The position numbers and the translations under genes were made by a program. A DNA stretch of 63,977 bases, the filler included, from Octopus bimaculoides (lineage: Eukaryota): assembly GCF_001194135.2 (NCBI RefSeq). It is 4 parts of 4 records of this genome, joined end to end, with 100 filler letters (N's around TTAATTAATTAA, not from the genome) between each part and the next. Parts side by side here need not be neighbours in the genome. Positions count along the whole stretch, not along the records: positions 1 to 18,790 come from NC_068987.1; 3 more parts are not named here. One strand, written 5' to 3'. Shown here piece by piece: positions 1 to 13,895 of the stretch. Numbering within the stretch: the stretch's first letter is position 1; each line of letters begins with the position of its first letter. The notes beneath the pieces are model-generated. The model saw only the letters and a program-made list of their open reading frames with translations. It did not search any database and was not told where the DNA came from.

Positions 1-451
1 ATATATATATATATATATATATATATACGTATATATATGTATGTATGTATGCATGTATGTAGCTATAATATGTATGAAGCTATAATAGAAGACATTTGCC
101 CAAGATATCATGCAGTGGGACTGAACCCGGAACGATGTGGTTGGGAAGCCAGCTTCTTGCCACACAACTACGCCTGATTGATTGATTACTGCTGAAACTT
201 GAATTTGCATAATATTTTAGATCAACTGAAAAGATAATTTCGTTTGTTGGTTCCTGTCCTAGTCATATCTGTCGAAGTAAAGAAATACATAGCAAACCGA
301 CTTACTAATGGCTTACAACTTGATAATCCTCGACGGACTCTCTCTATTATTGCATAGCTGCGTGTTATGTTAATCAATAAAGGAGAGACAAGAGCGAATG
401 TACTCTTCCTTTAGTAATAGCATAAATTATACACGGAATAAGTTATTCTTT

Positions 452-535
452 GTGGAGGCGCAATGGCCTAGTGGTTAGGGCAGCGGACACGCGGCCATAG
501 GAAGACGGTTTCGATTCCCAGACCGGGCGTTGAGT
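452..535 (+). mobile_element. SINE family B, 5' tRNA-like head fragment
   Basis: GTGGAGGCGCAATGGCCTAGTGGTTAGGGCAGCGG...GGTTTCGATTCCCAGACCGGGCG has A/B boxes and matches the full copies at 53910 and 61173. Confidence 0.8.
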
Positions 536-1721
536 ATTTGTGTTGATCGTGATGGTTGTAGTTATATTGTTGTTACTGTTAATTTGTTGCGGATAACGGA
601 CTCTCTCTTTCGACCTTCGTCATTAAACTCTCGATTAAAAACGTTTTCTTTTCGTACCTCCTCTCCAATTCTCATTGCTTATCTGACCTCGTTCCCATCC
701 CGTTCTCCACAGCTGATATTTTCAACTCCATGCTAAGTTTTCAAGTGAATTATCAAAACGAATCGTTCAATGTATCACACAAACACGCACGTACACACAC
801 ACGCACGCACGTACACACACACACACACACACACAAGCACACACACACACACAAGCACATACACACACGTTTAGATACACAAATTAAGATTCAGATTTAA
901 AAGGAAAGCTTAACCTAAGTCTTCAGTAATGCAATACTGCTAACATCGACTTCTGATATTTGTGCGGAGAAAGAATTAAAACAATTAAATCGAGTAAATG
1001 TTTTCACACTCTCTCGGACGGAGGTGTTTTGAAACGTTAGATTCCTTATGTCGTAACTGCATATATACTTCTCAACACTCGGATAGATCTGTCGGTTTTC
1101 ATACAGGTTTGTGCCTCATCGGCACACTAACTTAATGAATAACTTTGTTAGTTATTGTTGTGCTTTGCTGTTACTGCTGTTTTTGTTTTTGTTGTTGTTG
1201 TTGTTGTTGTAGTTTGGTGCGTTTTCATATGCATTGCCTTTGAGAATTTCATTTCCAAAACAATAACCGCAGTGAAGGTCTTTCCACGTTTGAGTGTAAA
1301 ATATAAATGCACACAACTTCATTTTAATCATCTCTGATTAGTGCGCATTGAGTCAATAAGTTCCAGCTTGACAAAGCTTTGCACACGCCGGCAAATTTAG
1401 TATTTCCTGTTTACAGAGAAGATCGGCAGTTCTTAATGAACTGTGAGCAATGGATTCGGTGTTCAATGACATCATTCATAGTCCAGGTCGGTGTGCTTTC
1501 ACACACATTGTTTCTGCATTTTCTGTTGGTTACATTCAGGTTATTGTTTTTGCTGATTTTTGTAGCTGTAGGTTAGATGGTATACTATAAACACCTCTTC
1601 TACTGCTATTAAGCACACCAAATAGCGCGATACACACATACATACACTTATTATTGAGCGTATACTTGTGTGAAGATGTACGTGTGTACTTGTGTGCAGT
1701 GTGTGCGTGTGTGCGGGCGCG

Positions 1722-1779
<58 letters not shown>

Positions 1780-3797
1780 NNNNNNNNNNNNNNNNNNNNN
1801 NNNNNNNNNNNNNNNNNNNNNNNNNNNNNNNNNNNNNNNNNNNNNNNNNNNNNNNNNNNNNNNNNNNNNNNNNNNNNNNNNNNNNNNNNNNNNNNNNNNN
1901 NNNNNNNNNNNNNNNNNNNNNNNNNNNNNNNNNNNNNNNNNNNNNNNNNNNNNNNNNNNNNNNNNNNNNNNNNNNNNNNNNNNNNNNNNNNNNNNNNNNN
2001 NNNNNNNNNNNNNNNNNNNNNNNNNNNNNNNNNNNNNNNNNNNNNNNNNNNNNNNNNNNNNNNNNNNNNNNNNNNNNNNNNNNNNNNNNNNNNNNNNNNN
2101 NNNCGTTTCGCGTTTCCTTGTTATCGAAGATGTTATCATGGTTTATTCATCGACACTGTTTCCATTTTTCATATGTTTGAGATGGATCGTTGGTTACAAA
2201 ATTAAAACTGAATCTGTGAAGACTATCTTCGGCTTGAAGTCTCTGTCGAACTCTGCCTTTGTCTATCTGATTCTTTTTTTTTTCTCCAGTTTATTGACGT
2301 TGCGTGTTATTTTAGTAACAGATCTTTCTCCCTAAGTTTTCTTCTATGTTTTCACGAACTGGTTGTTAGGTTGGGTGTTTAATAAGGGAATATTATTCTT
2401 GGTGGGATCCTGAAAGAATTTTATATGTGATTTTTCTAGGCAGTGACGTCAATAAATACAAAGTACAGGAACTGTATGAACTGTATGGTATTCTGAGGCT
2501 CAGAACTTTTTGTTTTAGGAATCTCAGGTTACGGTTGTGAGAGGTGTCCAGGCACTGAGGGTTGCTCGCATTCGATTGGTAATGCTAAAATAGCAGGGTC
2601 TGAAACTTTGGACAAGATGCTGCCGAAAGAAATGAAGGAAGAAACCTTCACAAGTCCACCATGGATAGTAGTTTGCGTGACTTCGGCTTTGTTATCCGCA
2701 TCATCTATGAAACTGTGAAGATAGTACCAGCACCATTGAAAGCGGAGAGGGAAATATTTTAGCAAATGACATTAGTGAACAAACTGCCAGCTACCTTTTA
2801 TGCCTATCATGTTGATTTTGCCATGTTCTCCAAACAGTCATGAACGTCAGCACCATCAGTTCTAAGAAATCTAACACTACTATCTCCCCGATGTGTAACA
2901 AAAAATGGCTCTTGTTCTGATTCTATTCCCAAAGTGCCACGCAGTGGGATTGAACCTGAACGTACGTCGTAACAAAGCGAAACTCTTAACTACCCAAACT
3001 TTCTCAAATTCAGATGAGTACTGTAGAGTAAATTCATACTTCCTATTCGTCGGTTTTACAATTTGTTTTCAATGTTTATGAAGCAAGATGAATGTCACAA
3101 CTTCCCTTTGTTCCTTCCCCCACACACCACCCAATGATGTAAGGTATCCAAATTCTGAAATAAATCAATTATTGCACCCTCTAGCTCTTCACCAACTCGA
3201 CCACGGCCACCACCACTTCCTCCCACTGATACAGACACCCTTTAACGCCGACGGCGTAAATTTAATATAACCTACATTTCTTGCATGCAAATTTACCGAA
3301 ATAATTTTGAATCTACTGATTATGGCTCGGAGCAAAGAAGATAAGCATGCAGTCGTCTTCCGGTTTGATATAGCAAAAATAAGTGTGTGTAGAAGAAAAG
3401 AAATTTCTGCATGACATTAAAAGTTTCACGAATTATTTTCTCTTAATGACTTTTAAGGATCTTTTATTTTAAGATTTTTAAACACACACACACACACGCA
3501 TTTAAACACAAGCACTCAAACACATACATTTAGACACACACATGCACACATACGCACATTTAAACAAACGCACACATGCATGTGTTTAAATGTGTGTGTG
3601 TGTGCGTGTGTGAGCGCGCGCATGTCTGCTATTTATGTTTTCGTAATGAATAACACCGAAAATAAGCAATAATTTAAGAAAAACTTATTAGATGATCTAA
3701 AGTCAAATGTGCATTTATTTTTAAAGAAATCAACTGTGACATCGAAGTTCCACCCACCGAGACACTGGGTGAATTATGATATATTTCGGATGAAGAT

Positions 3798-4010
3798 CAG
3801 CGAACTGGCGAAATCGTTAGCTACACCGGGCAAAATGCTTAGCGGCATTTCGTCCGTCCTTACGTTCTGAGTTCAAATTCTGCCAAGGTCGACTTTCCCT
3901 TTTATCCTTTAGAAATCGATAAAACAAATATTAGTTGAACAATGGGATCGATTTAATTGACATACCTCCAGAATAGCTGGGCTTGTACCAAAACTTGAAA
4001 CCATTATGTA
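3798..4010 (+). mobile_element. SINE family C (tRNA-like head plus Meta-domain-like body)
   Basis: GCGAACTGGCGAAATCGTTAG...GAGTTCAAATTC...GGTCGACTTT..CTTTTATCCTTT..TCGATAAAA. Matches 11519-11725. Confidence 0.75.
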
Positions 4011-4844
4011 TTCGGGTGAGTAGTATTCATTTCAATATATGTGTCTATGTCTTTTAGCTGAAAGAACTTAGTTGTTCGAAGTCATGACCATTATTTGAAA
4101 AACTGACGCAGTATCTTTTAGATCAGCAGTTCTTTTCTAATTCATTGTTTATGATTACTAACACAAGTTATATGACATTAAAAATAAAAGCTTCAATCAT
4201 TGGTGTTATTTTCGTTTTTGTTGTTGCTTGTTTCTATTTTGTAGCCTTTGGTATGTTCAGATCGAGCGGACCTATAGTCAAAATCATTTTATCTGTCACC
4301 ATTTCGTCTGTTATTTTTACCCAGATATCGTGAACCACATGCTACATGTTCCAACTTGTCTACTTTGAAGACGGTAAGATGCGATTTGAAGAAATTTCCG
4401 TCCCTGTTTCTTGCAGGCTGAGCGATCCCGTCGAGATAAATGTTAGCCACATTATATTTTCCTACAACTTAAAGACAGGCTATCTGACAGAAGGAATCTA
4501 GAACAAAAAATACATTGATAAGAAGCAACAAAGAAAAAAGTGTATTTTGTATTGTAAACTAAGAGAAATATATTTCTAGTATTTCTCTTCCTTCATGGAA
4601 GTATACGGTGCTTGTGCAGCTTTGGTGTAACTAAACCAGATTATTCCAGTGACAATTTGGGTCTAAGTGTAGCACATATAAGTGCAATCTGTGAGTGGAA
4701 CAGTAAAAATATGCAAGACTTTTCTCAAAATCCAAATGTGAATTTGTCTGTGCTAACTACATCCTAAAGATGGAGCCTTGCATCTTTGTTGGAAACGCGC
4801 TCCCTCCTTAGTGGAAGATTTATGATAATTAAAAAATAGAAGAG

Positions 4845-5040
4845 ACATACATACATACATACATACATACATAATACATACATACATACATAATACATAC
4901 ATACATACATACATACTACATACATACATACATACATACATACATACATACATAATACATACATACATACATACATACATAATACATACATGCATACATA
5001 CATACATACATACATACATACATACATACATACATACATA
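4845..5040. repeat. (TACA)n microsatellite with TAA interruptions
   Basis: Direct reading. Other large SSRs: (GTT/GCT)n 5380-5550, (GGT)n 6855-6970, degenerate (TG)n 7640-8030, (TA)/(TG)/(TATG) 8555-8800, degenerate (CAG/CAA) 14403-14555, (TCTG)n/(TC)n 63500-63620. Confidence 0.95.
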
Positions 5041-6077
5041 CGCAAGAGCGTTAGACAGGATGCCACGCGATATTTGGTTGTTTACGCTCTCAGTTTAAAT
5101 TCCACTTAGATGGCGATGACCAGAGGTAACAACCCTATCACGGGAGCATCCCGCCCAACCTGCAACTGGCCGGCGCGGAAAGGTAGTGTTAAGACCAGCA
5201 CGAGTTCTGAGGTTCCATTAGGCTTTGGATCGACAACGACTGGCAGAGATCTCAGATCATCTCACCCAAAACAGATAATAGAGTGTATGGTTAGTTCAAT
5301 TCAAAGAGGTGGGGAACATAGCAATGTATACGAGTGTTTAGTTAGCATGAAATAAAGCGTTCTACATTTGGATAATTTGTTGCTTTTGTTGTTGTTGTTG
5401 CTTCTGTTATTGCTTTTGTTGATGTTACTTTTGTTGGTGTTGCTGCTGCTGCTGCTGCTGCTGTTGTTGTTGTTGTTGTTGTTGTTGCTGTTGTTGTTTC
5501 TGTTTTTGCTGTTGTTGTTGTTTCTGCTATTGTTGTTGTTGTTGTTGTTGTACCCATACTATAATCAATGTCACTCCTTCAGACATTGTACGTCTACAGC
5601 GACATTACATCATGAGCTCCTCTCTATTGAAGACGGTCGGATGTAATTTGAGGGACACTTCGCTCTTATTTCCAGCCTGTCTAGCGGCCCAAATAGAGAA
5701 TTTCCTAACTGACTCCTCTTCTTTTGATTGGTATAGCAGTGAGGAGAGAGAGAAAGTAGCTTTACCATTCTCAGCAGTTGAATTTTCTTGCACATACTCT
5801 ATGCATTCTATACTTTCCTAACGCCCCGGTGGTTTATGTGATACATAAGAACTCAATTCCTAAGTTATATTAATTTGATGTTCCCTAAGTCATTAATATA
5901 ACAGTGCTTCGAGATATTATAGGAGTTATAGATTATAGCTCGCAAGTTAACTAAACAGATAAATTAGGCAAATTGCATAAGTTAGGTTGGTTAAATACGG
6001 CGGTAGATGGATAATGACATTTCAAAGAAAATTTATAGCCTGATAATTTTCAGAAGTATAGAACTTCGAATTTTATC

Positions 6078-6487
6078 TTGCATCTTTTACTTGTTTGAGT
6101 CATTGGACTTTGGCCATCCTGGGGCACAGCCTTGAGAGGGTTTAGCCGAACGAATCTACCACAGTACTTATTTTACATCTGGCACTTGTTTTATCGGTCT
6201 TTTTTGACGTATAGCTTCGTTACGGGTACGTAAGCAAACCAACATTGTTTGTTAAGCGGTGAAGTGTGACAAACACAAATACACATATATATGCATATGC
6301 GTGCACACACACACACACACACACGTATGTGACGGGCTTCTACAGTTTCCATCTACCAAATTCACTCATAAGCTCGACTCGGTGGTATTATAGAAGACAC
6401 TTGCCCAAGGTACCATGCAGTGGGACTGAACCCGAAACCACATGGTTGCAAAGCGAGCTTCTTAACCACACAGCCATGCCTGTGCCT
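6078..6487 (-). mobile_element. SINE family A (tRNA head, CORE-like segment, internal microsatellite, 3' module)
   Basis: Reverse complement of the family A consensus seen at 11727-12150. Partial copies also at about 78-176, 2930-2995, 8225-8455, 8790-8895 and 10081-10230. Confidence 0.8.
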
Positions 6488-8195
6488 ATATTGAGTCAAA
6501 ACTCAACGGGGCTACAAAAAACTGAAACCACATTCTCTGGATATTTTATACTACCCGCAAATCTGAATTTCATTGTTTATAGACAACAGTAAGGCATCAG
6601 CAGGAGTTGTTCCAGCTATGTCATTGTATTTCAGACTGTGAATTTTAAATATTAGACAGATGTAGATCTGTTGTCTGTATATATGATATCATTATGGATA
6701 GAAAAAACGGGGTCAGTCGGACTAGTTTTAATCTTGTGTTGGATTTTCATTAGCAACTGAACACTCTATTCAACTATGCACATAAGTACTAATTATAAAC
6801 CCATGGTTACTGAAAGCCTGAGTAAACTGACTGTACTGGTCACGATTGTGATGGATATGGTGGTGGTGGTGGCGGTGATGGTTGTGGTGGTGGTGGTTGT
6901 GGTGGTGGTGGTGGTGGTGGTGGTGGTGGTGGTGGTGGGGTGGTGGTAGCGGTGGCGGCTGTGGCGGCGGTCATCGTCGTGTTTAGCTGCAATTCAGCTC
7001 TAATGAAGCAGACCTATAGGTGAAAAAGGCATTCCAACCGTGACCATCTCATACATTTTTCGGGTTTTTCCGGTTTTGAAATTAGGTGTATCCAGCATTG
7101 CGTCATCCAGTGTGTCTTTTATAAGACAATAAAGTGTGCTTCGTAGTATTTGTTCCGAATTTCTGCGCTCCCACCGAAATCAACTTTTAAAACGTATCAA
7201 TACCGTTGGGTGAACTAACCCAAGTTTTAGAGCTCCGTGAGGCGGATGGTTTTGTGGTATCTCTTCTGGTTATTTGTGTTCTTGCAACAGCACTTCTTCC
7301 AACATCGGTGCCAACCTGTATCGACCTTGCTTTCTCGTGGACGTTACCAGTAGCATGTAGAGGGTAGACTTACATGCATAGACAATTCTACTAGTTTTCC
7401 GCAAAAAAAGATCTTGTCTAGGTTTGTGCCTTTGATAGAAGCTTCCCAATGCAAAAATCCATGATCAAACCATGACTAAGGGAGGTCCTATATGCAAAGG
7501 CTAAAATGTGGCAGCTGGCACTGAAACAGATGTGAACAAGAATCTTCGGGAAATATATTAATCTTGAGATCAAAGTTTATTATCAAAGACAAACATATAA
7601 TTATCATTATATATTGATTGGTGAATTAAATTTTTTCATGTATGTGTACTGTATGTATGTGTTGAGTGTCTGTGTGTATAAGAGAAGGGTTGTCTGTGTG
7701 TGTATGTGTCTGGGTGTGTGTGCGTGTGTGTGTGCATGGGTATGTGTAAGTCTGCGTTTAATTATGTGTGCGTGTGTCTTGGTGTATGTGTGTGTCTGAG
7801 CGTGTTTGTGTGTCTGGGTGTGCATGCATTTGTGTGTGTGTGTGTGTGTGTATTTGATATGTGTGTGGCTGTAAGAGAAAGTGTTTTCTGCATGATTGTG
7901 TGTCTAGGTGTGTGTATTTGTGTGTGTGTAATTGTGAAAGAGTATGAAGTGTTTATGGATGTGTGCGTGTGACTGTTACAGTGTGTATGTATGTATGTGT
8001 GTATGTATGTATGTGTGGCTGAGAGAGTGAGTGTGTTCTAAGACTGTCGTCGTCGGATTTGTAGTTTAACATTCTGAGGCTCTTCTAAATTAAATGTAGC
8101 TGTCCCTCGATTTATACAGTAGACTGGTTCCACAAATCATTGTGCATATCGAAATCGTGTAAAACGACGGAGTTACGTTTTGAGTAATATTCTTA

Positions 8196-8226
<31 letters not shown>

Positions 8227-8561
8227 TTATGTGTATGTGTTTGTGCTTGTCACCCCGCCATCGCTTGACAACCGCGGCTAGTGTGTTTATGATTCCTGTA
8301 ACATAGCGGTTCGGCAAAAAAACAACAATCGAATAAGTACTAGGCTCACAAAGAATAAATCTTGAGGTCGATTTCTTCGACTAAAACCCCTTAGACCAGT
8401 GCTCCAGTACGGCTGAAATCAAATGGCTGATACAAGTAAAAATATAAAAGAATATATGTATTTACATGGCGCACAAACAATGAAGATTATAAAGGGAAAA
8501 ATATAGAGAAAAATAATGTCTTATCATGACAGCTGTTTCAAGAAACCAAGAGTTATGTATG

Positions 8562-8598
<37 letters not shown>

Positions 8599-8682
8599 NN
8601 NNNNNNNNNNNNNNNNNNNNNNNNNNNNNNNNNNNNNNNNNNNNNNNNNNNNNNNNNNNNNNNNNNNNNNNNNNNNNNNNNN

Positions 8683-8753
<71 letters not shown>

Positions 8754-9094
8754 ATACATGTATGTATGTATGTATGTATGTATGTATGTATGTATGTGTG
8801 TGTATTTGTCACTCCGCCATCGCTTGACAACCGATGCTAATGTGTTTATGATCTTGTATCATAACGGTTCGGCACAAAAGACCGATAGAATAATTTTTTA
8901 TTCCTAAGATGTTACTACATATGTATGATGTATTTTAAAATTATTGAAGATCCTCCGATTATACTGTCTCTGTTTTGTTTTGTCTTGTTTTTATTTGTTT
9001 GTATAATTGTTTTAACAGTTACTTCGTTTATGTTAAACTACTTCGTACTTTCTGTTGAACCATTTCAATCTTGAAGTTGAATTTGCGTTAATAT

Positions 9095-9500
9095 ATTGGC
9101 TTCAAATTTTGGCACAAGGCCATCAATTTCGGGGGTATCCGAATGTTCAACTGGTACTTATTTTATCGACCCCTGAAAGACAAAGTCGACCGCGGCATTT
9201 GAATTTGAACTCAGAGCGTACAGACGGACGAAATGCTGCTAAGCATTTTTTGCTGGGCGTGCTAACGATTCTGCCATCTCGCTGCTGACTTTATATATTT
9301 ATTTCTTTATTACTTACAAGGGGCTAAACATAGAGGCGACAAACAAGGACAGACTGGTACTTATTTAATCGACCTCAAAAGGATGAAATGCAAAGTCGAC
9401 CTCGGCGGAATTTGAACTCAGAAGGTAACGGCAGACGAAATACCGCTAAGCATTTCGCCCGGTATGCTAACGATTCTGCAAGCTCGTCACCCTCGCTGAC
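9095..9500 (-). mobile_element. Two tandem SINE family C copies (the second with an alternative 3' tail)
   Basis: Reverse complements of family C. The 9295-9345 tail matches the tail of the 50657-50875 copy. Confidence 0.8.
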
Positions 9501-11518
9501 TTAATTTATTGTCATTCCAGAGAAATCTACTTCTTTGACATTTGAGACTCTATTATACAATCTTGTAAATATTTAACAAAATATTTTCTTAAACATAATT
9601 TTTACTGCTAACGCCAGCATTTCTTTAGAGTGTAGTTTGCCTAATCGTCGAAGAAATTAAATGAANNNNNNNNNNNNNNNNNNNNNNNNNNNNNNNNNNN
9701 NNNNNNNNNNNNNNNNNNNNNNNNNNNNNNNNNNNNNNNNNNNNNNNNNNNNNNNNNNNNNNNNNNNNNNNNNNNNNNNNNNNNNNNNNNNNNNNNNNNN
9801 NNNNNNNNNNNNNNNNNNNNNNNNNNNNNNNNNNNNNNNNNNNNNNNNNNNNNNNNNNNNNNNNNNNNNNNNNNNNNNNNNNNNNNNNNNNNNNNNNNNN
9901 NNNNNNNNNNNNNNNNNNNNNNNNNNNNNNNNNNNNNNNNNNNNNNNNNNNNNNNNNNNNNNNNNNNNNNNNNNNNNNNNNNNNNNNNNNNNNNNNNNNN
10001 NNNNNNNNNNNNNNNNNNNNNNNNNNNNNNNNNNNNNNNNNNNNNNNNNNNNNNNNNNNATATATATATATATATATACAACGGCTTCTTTTAGTTTCGA
10101 TCTAACACTTCAAATCCTCTTACAAGACTTTGGTCGGGCGCCCGATGCTGTAGTAGAAAACAACTGCCCGAGGCGCCATGCTGTGAGTCTGAACCTGGAA
10201 CCAAATTTGTTACCATTCAGCCATACCTGCTGCTTTGTGAAAAAATATCAACTAAATCTATGCAAGAGTGAAACCGTACAAACCGAGTAGCGCGTAAATC
10301 GAGGATCAACTGCTCCTTTCTTCCTAAGATTCGTGTTAAATTTCTTTCTGACAACTGTTAAACTTACTTTCGAACTTTTCTTAATTTTATGATAAACAGT
10401 CATAGCAAAACCTTGTATGTGGTTTCCTTCGAATTGGAGAATTTCTCATGATTCCCTTGTGTCAATTGTGCTATCGATACAATGGGAAAATCAGTAGGCA
10501 AAGGCAGGATTAAAGTCACATACTGGTTGGAAATTAAGAGCAATTGGCACCATTCTTAGAAAATAATTTAACACTTTTTCTTCGTTGTGCAACTACATTC
10601 TACTTCATGATCACGTGTTTGATAAACTAATCTAAGAATTGAAAGGATATACAACTTTTTAGATTAAACCGAGCGAGCACAACTGTATTGAACAGCATTA
10701 AACCAATTTAGTGCCGAGTTGGAATCAGAGTATAATTCACAGTAGCGATGGTTACGTGGACTGGAATGAACGACAAGACAAGGTTTTAACAGAACAGAAC
10801 ATAGATTAGTTATTGAACTGTTCGAATAATAACGTATTGGAAGAGTTCTGTATATACAAGAGATCTTACTTGTTAAGTTGGAATATAGCTTGAATAGATG
10901 TGAAACTTAAAACGCTTTCTTAGCTTCCGTGTGGAATTAATATATTTGAAGAGAATTGCAACTTGGACTTTTGTGAGTTTACAGTTACGTCGAATTGTAC
11001 GGCTGATGTAATGCAAGGAAAAGCCGCCTGGGAACTATGGTAAAGAAATAGTGAGATCAAGCTATATTTGATCTATGATATATCATAGAATAAAGCTACA
11101 GATTTGAGCTAGCACCACATATGAAAATTAATTAAATCTAATTAAATACGCTGGGGAGTCGTAAACTATTGCGATTTTGTTTGGTTTTTATTTACTTATT
11201 TATTTTGTTTAATCAATCCTGGCGTGAATGGAAAAAAGATCTAATTAATTAGTTTCAATCATTATTGTGATTTCTTCCGTAGTTAACTATCCTCCCCTAT
11301 CTTTCAGTGGCGCTATTTATAACCACTGTTATTTGTGACTTCATTAATTTATTACTATGCAGCACAAGTTTTTTGTCAGTGAACAGGTCGCAGTTTCGAG
11401 CGACAAAAGTAAAACAGATTTTGTTTCTGGTTGGTTAATTTATATCTTCATGTGGCAATCGCTTTTGTTTCAGCACACGATCTCACATCAAAGTACATGC
11501 TATGCAAGTACATCTTCG

Positions 11519-11725
11519 TGAAGGCGGCGAGCTTGCAGAAACGTTAGCACGCCGGGCGGAATGCTTAGCGGTATTTCGTCTGTCTTTACGTTCTGAGTTC
11601 AAATTCCGCCGAGGTCGACTTTACCTTTCATCCTTTCGGGGTCGATAAATTAAGTATCAGTTGCGTACTGAGATCGATCTAATCGACTAGCCCCTTCCCC
11701 CAAAAAATTTGGGGCTTTGTGCCTA
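11519..11725 (+). mobile_element. SINE family C, full length
   Basis: AAGGCGGCGAGCTTGCAGAAACGTTAGCACGCCGGGCG...GAGTTCAAATTCCGCCGAGGTCGACTTTACCTTTCATCCTTTCGGGGTCGATAAATTAAGTA. It is directly followed by a family A copy. Confidence 0.9.
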
Positions 11726-11726
11726 G

Positions 11727-12150
11727 GCGCAGGAGTGGCTGTGTGGTAAGTAACTTGCTTACCAACCACATGGTTCTGGGTTCATTCCCACTGCGTGGCA
11801 CCTTGGGCAAGTGTCTTCTACTATAGCCTCGGGCCGACCAAAGCCTTGTGAGTGGATTTGGTAGCCAGAAACTGAAAGAAGCCCGTCGTATATATGTATA
11901 TATATGCATGTGTGTGTATATATGTTTGTGTGTCTGTGTTTGTCCCCCCAACATAGCTTGACAACCGATGGTGATGTGTTTACGTCCCCGTAACTTAGCG
12001 GTTCGGCAAAAGCGACCGATAGAATAAGTACTAGGCTTCCAAAGAATAAGTCCTGGGGTCGATCTACTCGACTAAAGGCGGTGCTCCAGCATGGCCGCAG
12101 ACAAATGACTGAAACAAGTAAAAGAGTAAAAGAGTAAAGAGTAGAAAAGA
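11727..12150 (+). mobile_element. SINE family A, full length
   Basis: GCAGGAGTGGCTGTGTGGTAAG...GGTTCATTCCCACTGCGTGGCACCTTGGGCAAGTGTCTTCTACTATAGCC...(TA/TG)n...CTGAAACAAGTAAAAGAG tail. Confidence 0.9.
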
Positions 12151-12183
12151 AATACATCTTCATGATTAATATTTATTATTACT

Positions 12184-12635
12184 TAAGGCGGCAAGTAGGC
12201 AGATAAGTTAACATGCTGGAAAATAATGCTTAGTGGCATTTCGTCCGTCTTTACATTCTGAATTCAAAGCCGAAGTATTTTGCCTTTCATCCTTTCGGGG
12301 TCGATAAAGTAAGTGCCACTTGGAGTAAGACTATTACCTCGACTGGGGTCGAAGTAATCGAGTTACTCCCTTCCCTGTAATTGTTCACCTTGTGCCAAAA
12401 TTTGAAACCATTATTAGTGATACAAAAGCAGTGAGCTGGTAGAATCATTAGCACGCTGGGTAAAATGCTTGAAGTCATTTCGTCGGTCTTTATGTTCCGA
12501 GGTCAAATTCCGCCGATGCCTTTCATCCTTTTGGGGTTGGTAAAGTAAGTACCAGTTGAGCACTGGAGTCGATGTAATCGATTTACTCCATTCCCCGAAA
12601 TTGCCAGCCTTGTGCCAAAATTTGAAACTGATATT
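12184..12635 (+). mobile_element. Two head-to-tail SINE family C copies
   Basis: Copies at about 12184-12420 and 12425-12635. A fragment lies at 12735-12800. Confidence 0.8.
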
Positions 12636-13178
12636 AATTATCATACACCGATTTTCCTAGATAACTCATTCTTAGTAGCTCAGAGGGTGAACTGGAAGAG
12701 TAGTTAGACCATCCAATGAAATGTCATGGGTTTCTGCGCTCTGAGTTCAAATACCGAGGAGGCCAGCTTTGCCTTTTATCTTCCAGGGTCAGTATTAAAA
12801 AGAAAAATCACCAATCCAAGGTGGTGGCTATGTGAAACTATAACAATGTGAAATAATATTCCTTGCGATGCCTGTACCGGTTCTTTGCGACCTAAGTTCA
12901 AATTCCACCAAGGCCTACTTCGAGGATAGACTCACCCCACTGCCTAGTCTAACACCATTACCTGGAAACTTAAACACCTTTAGCAGAGTCCATTATATTT
13001 CAAGTATTTGGCCCAAGTCTCTGATATAAAGATACGTTCTTCACTCACTTTCGCGATCTCGGAGAGGCTCTGTAAAGGGTAACAAGTAAGATTAGTGTAA
13101 TTAATTATGTACTAACTGCTGAACATTCAGTAATTTATTAATTAAGCTGTTTGTCACATAAACTTTGTAAATGGATGT

Positions 13179-13209
<31 letters not shown>

Positions 13210-13646
13210 CTTTGACTGTAGACTGATACCTACTTTGGCCTAAATTTATATATGTACACATCGTAATTCCTATACGTATCTGTATTCTCGGTCAAAGCGC
13301 GTGGTCTAGTGGCTACGGTTTTAAGATCACGATCATAACGTTGTATGTTCGATTCCTTGACTGTGCAACGCGATGTCATTGATCACAGCACTTCATTCCA
13401 TGTGACTCTAGTCTATTAAGATTAACTGAGTACCAGCCAAGTGCTGGTGCAGCCGTCTCTCTTCCTCCAGTTGTCAGATTTTTGATGTTCTGTTAGGTCA
13501 AAGGTGGGAGGATGCAAGAAAATATCTACGTTTGCTCCCAACTACATAAATACCTAAAAAAAAAATTTTTAAGCATAGTACATATTATGATACAGGCTTG
13601 CAAGTGGCATCTATTTCTTTCATTTTTAGACATTTTGTATATGTTC

Positions 13647-13683
<37 letters not shown>

Positions 13684-13895
13684 TGCAACCTACAAAAATG
13701 TGAGTCTCCCACTGAAAAAAAGTACAATTACCTCTCTTATCTCGAATACTAACAATCACCGATTATCTCCCCTTAGATTTTTCTACCTGCTGGTTTATTT
13801 ACAAACCCTCGTATAAACATGGACAAAATTGATCCTCGTGGATATCGTTGGCAATTTTGTCTTCCTCCGTCTTCCCTTCTTTGGACTTTCGTATG

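Noticed and set aside
452-535. tRNA genes at SINE heads (also 11727, 16851, 53910, 61173)
   Set aside because: A/B boxes are present, but the cloverleaf is incomplete and each continues into a shared SINE body.
1012-1041. Functional hammerhead (CGGACGGA GG TGTTTT GAAACGTT AGA)
   Set aside because: The core and stem II are too degenerate. It is kept only as a possible relic.
2150-2820. Penelope-like ORF remnant on the minus strand
   Set aside because: Only vague resemblance, with many stops and no diagnostic motif.
5040-5330. GC-richer segment as a coding exon or HDV-like ribozyme
   Set aside because: No recognisable protein, splice signals or complete pseudoknot. It is probably a repeat fragment.
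4753-5646. ORFs such as MYVC-repeat, poly-L and poly-T/A
   Set aside because: These are translations of microsatellites. The same applies to all HT/CV/YI-repeat ORFs and all ORFs running through N gaps.
12900-13080. LINE RT fragment (YFKYLA resembling FKYLG)
   Set aside because: A single short motif is insufficient. The same applies to about 26300-26400 and 28400-28720.
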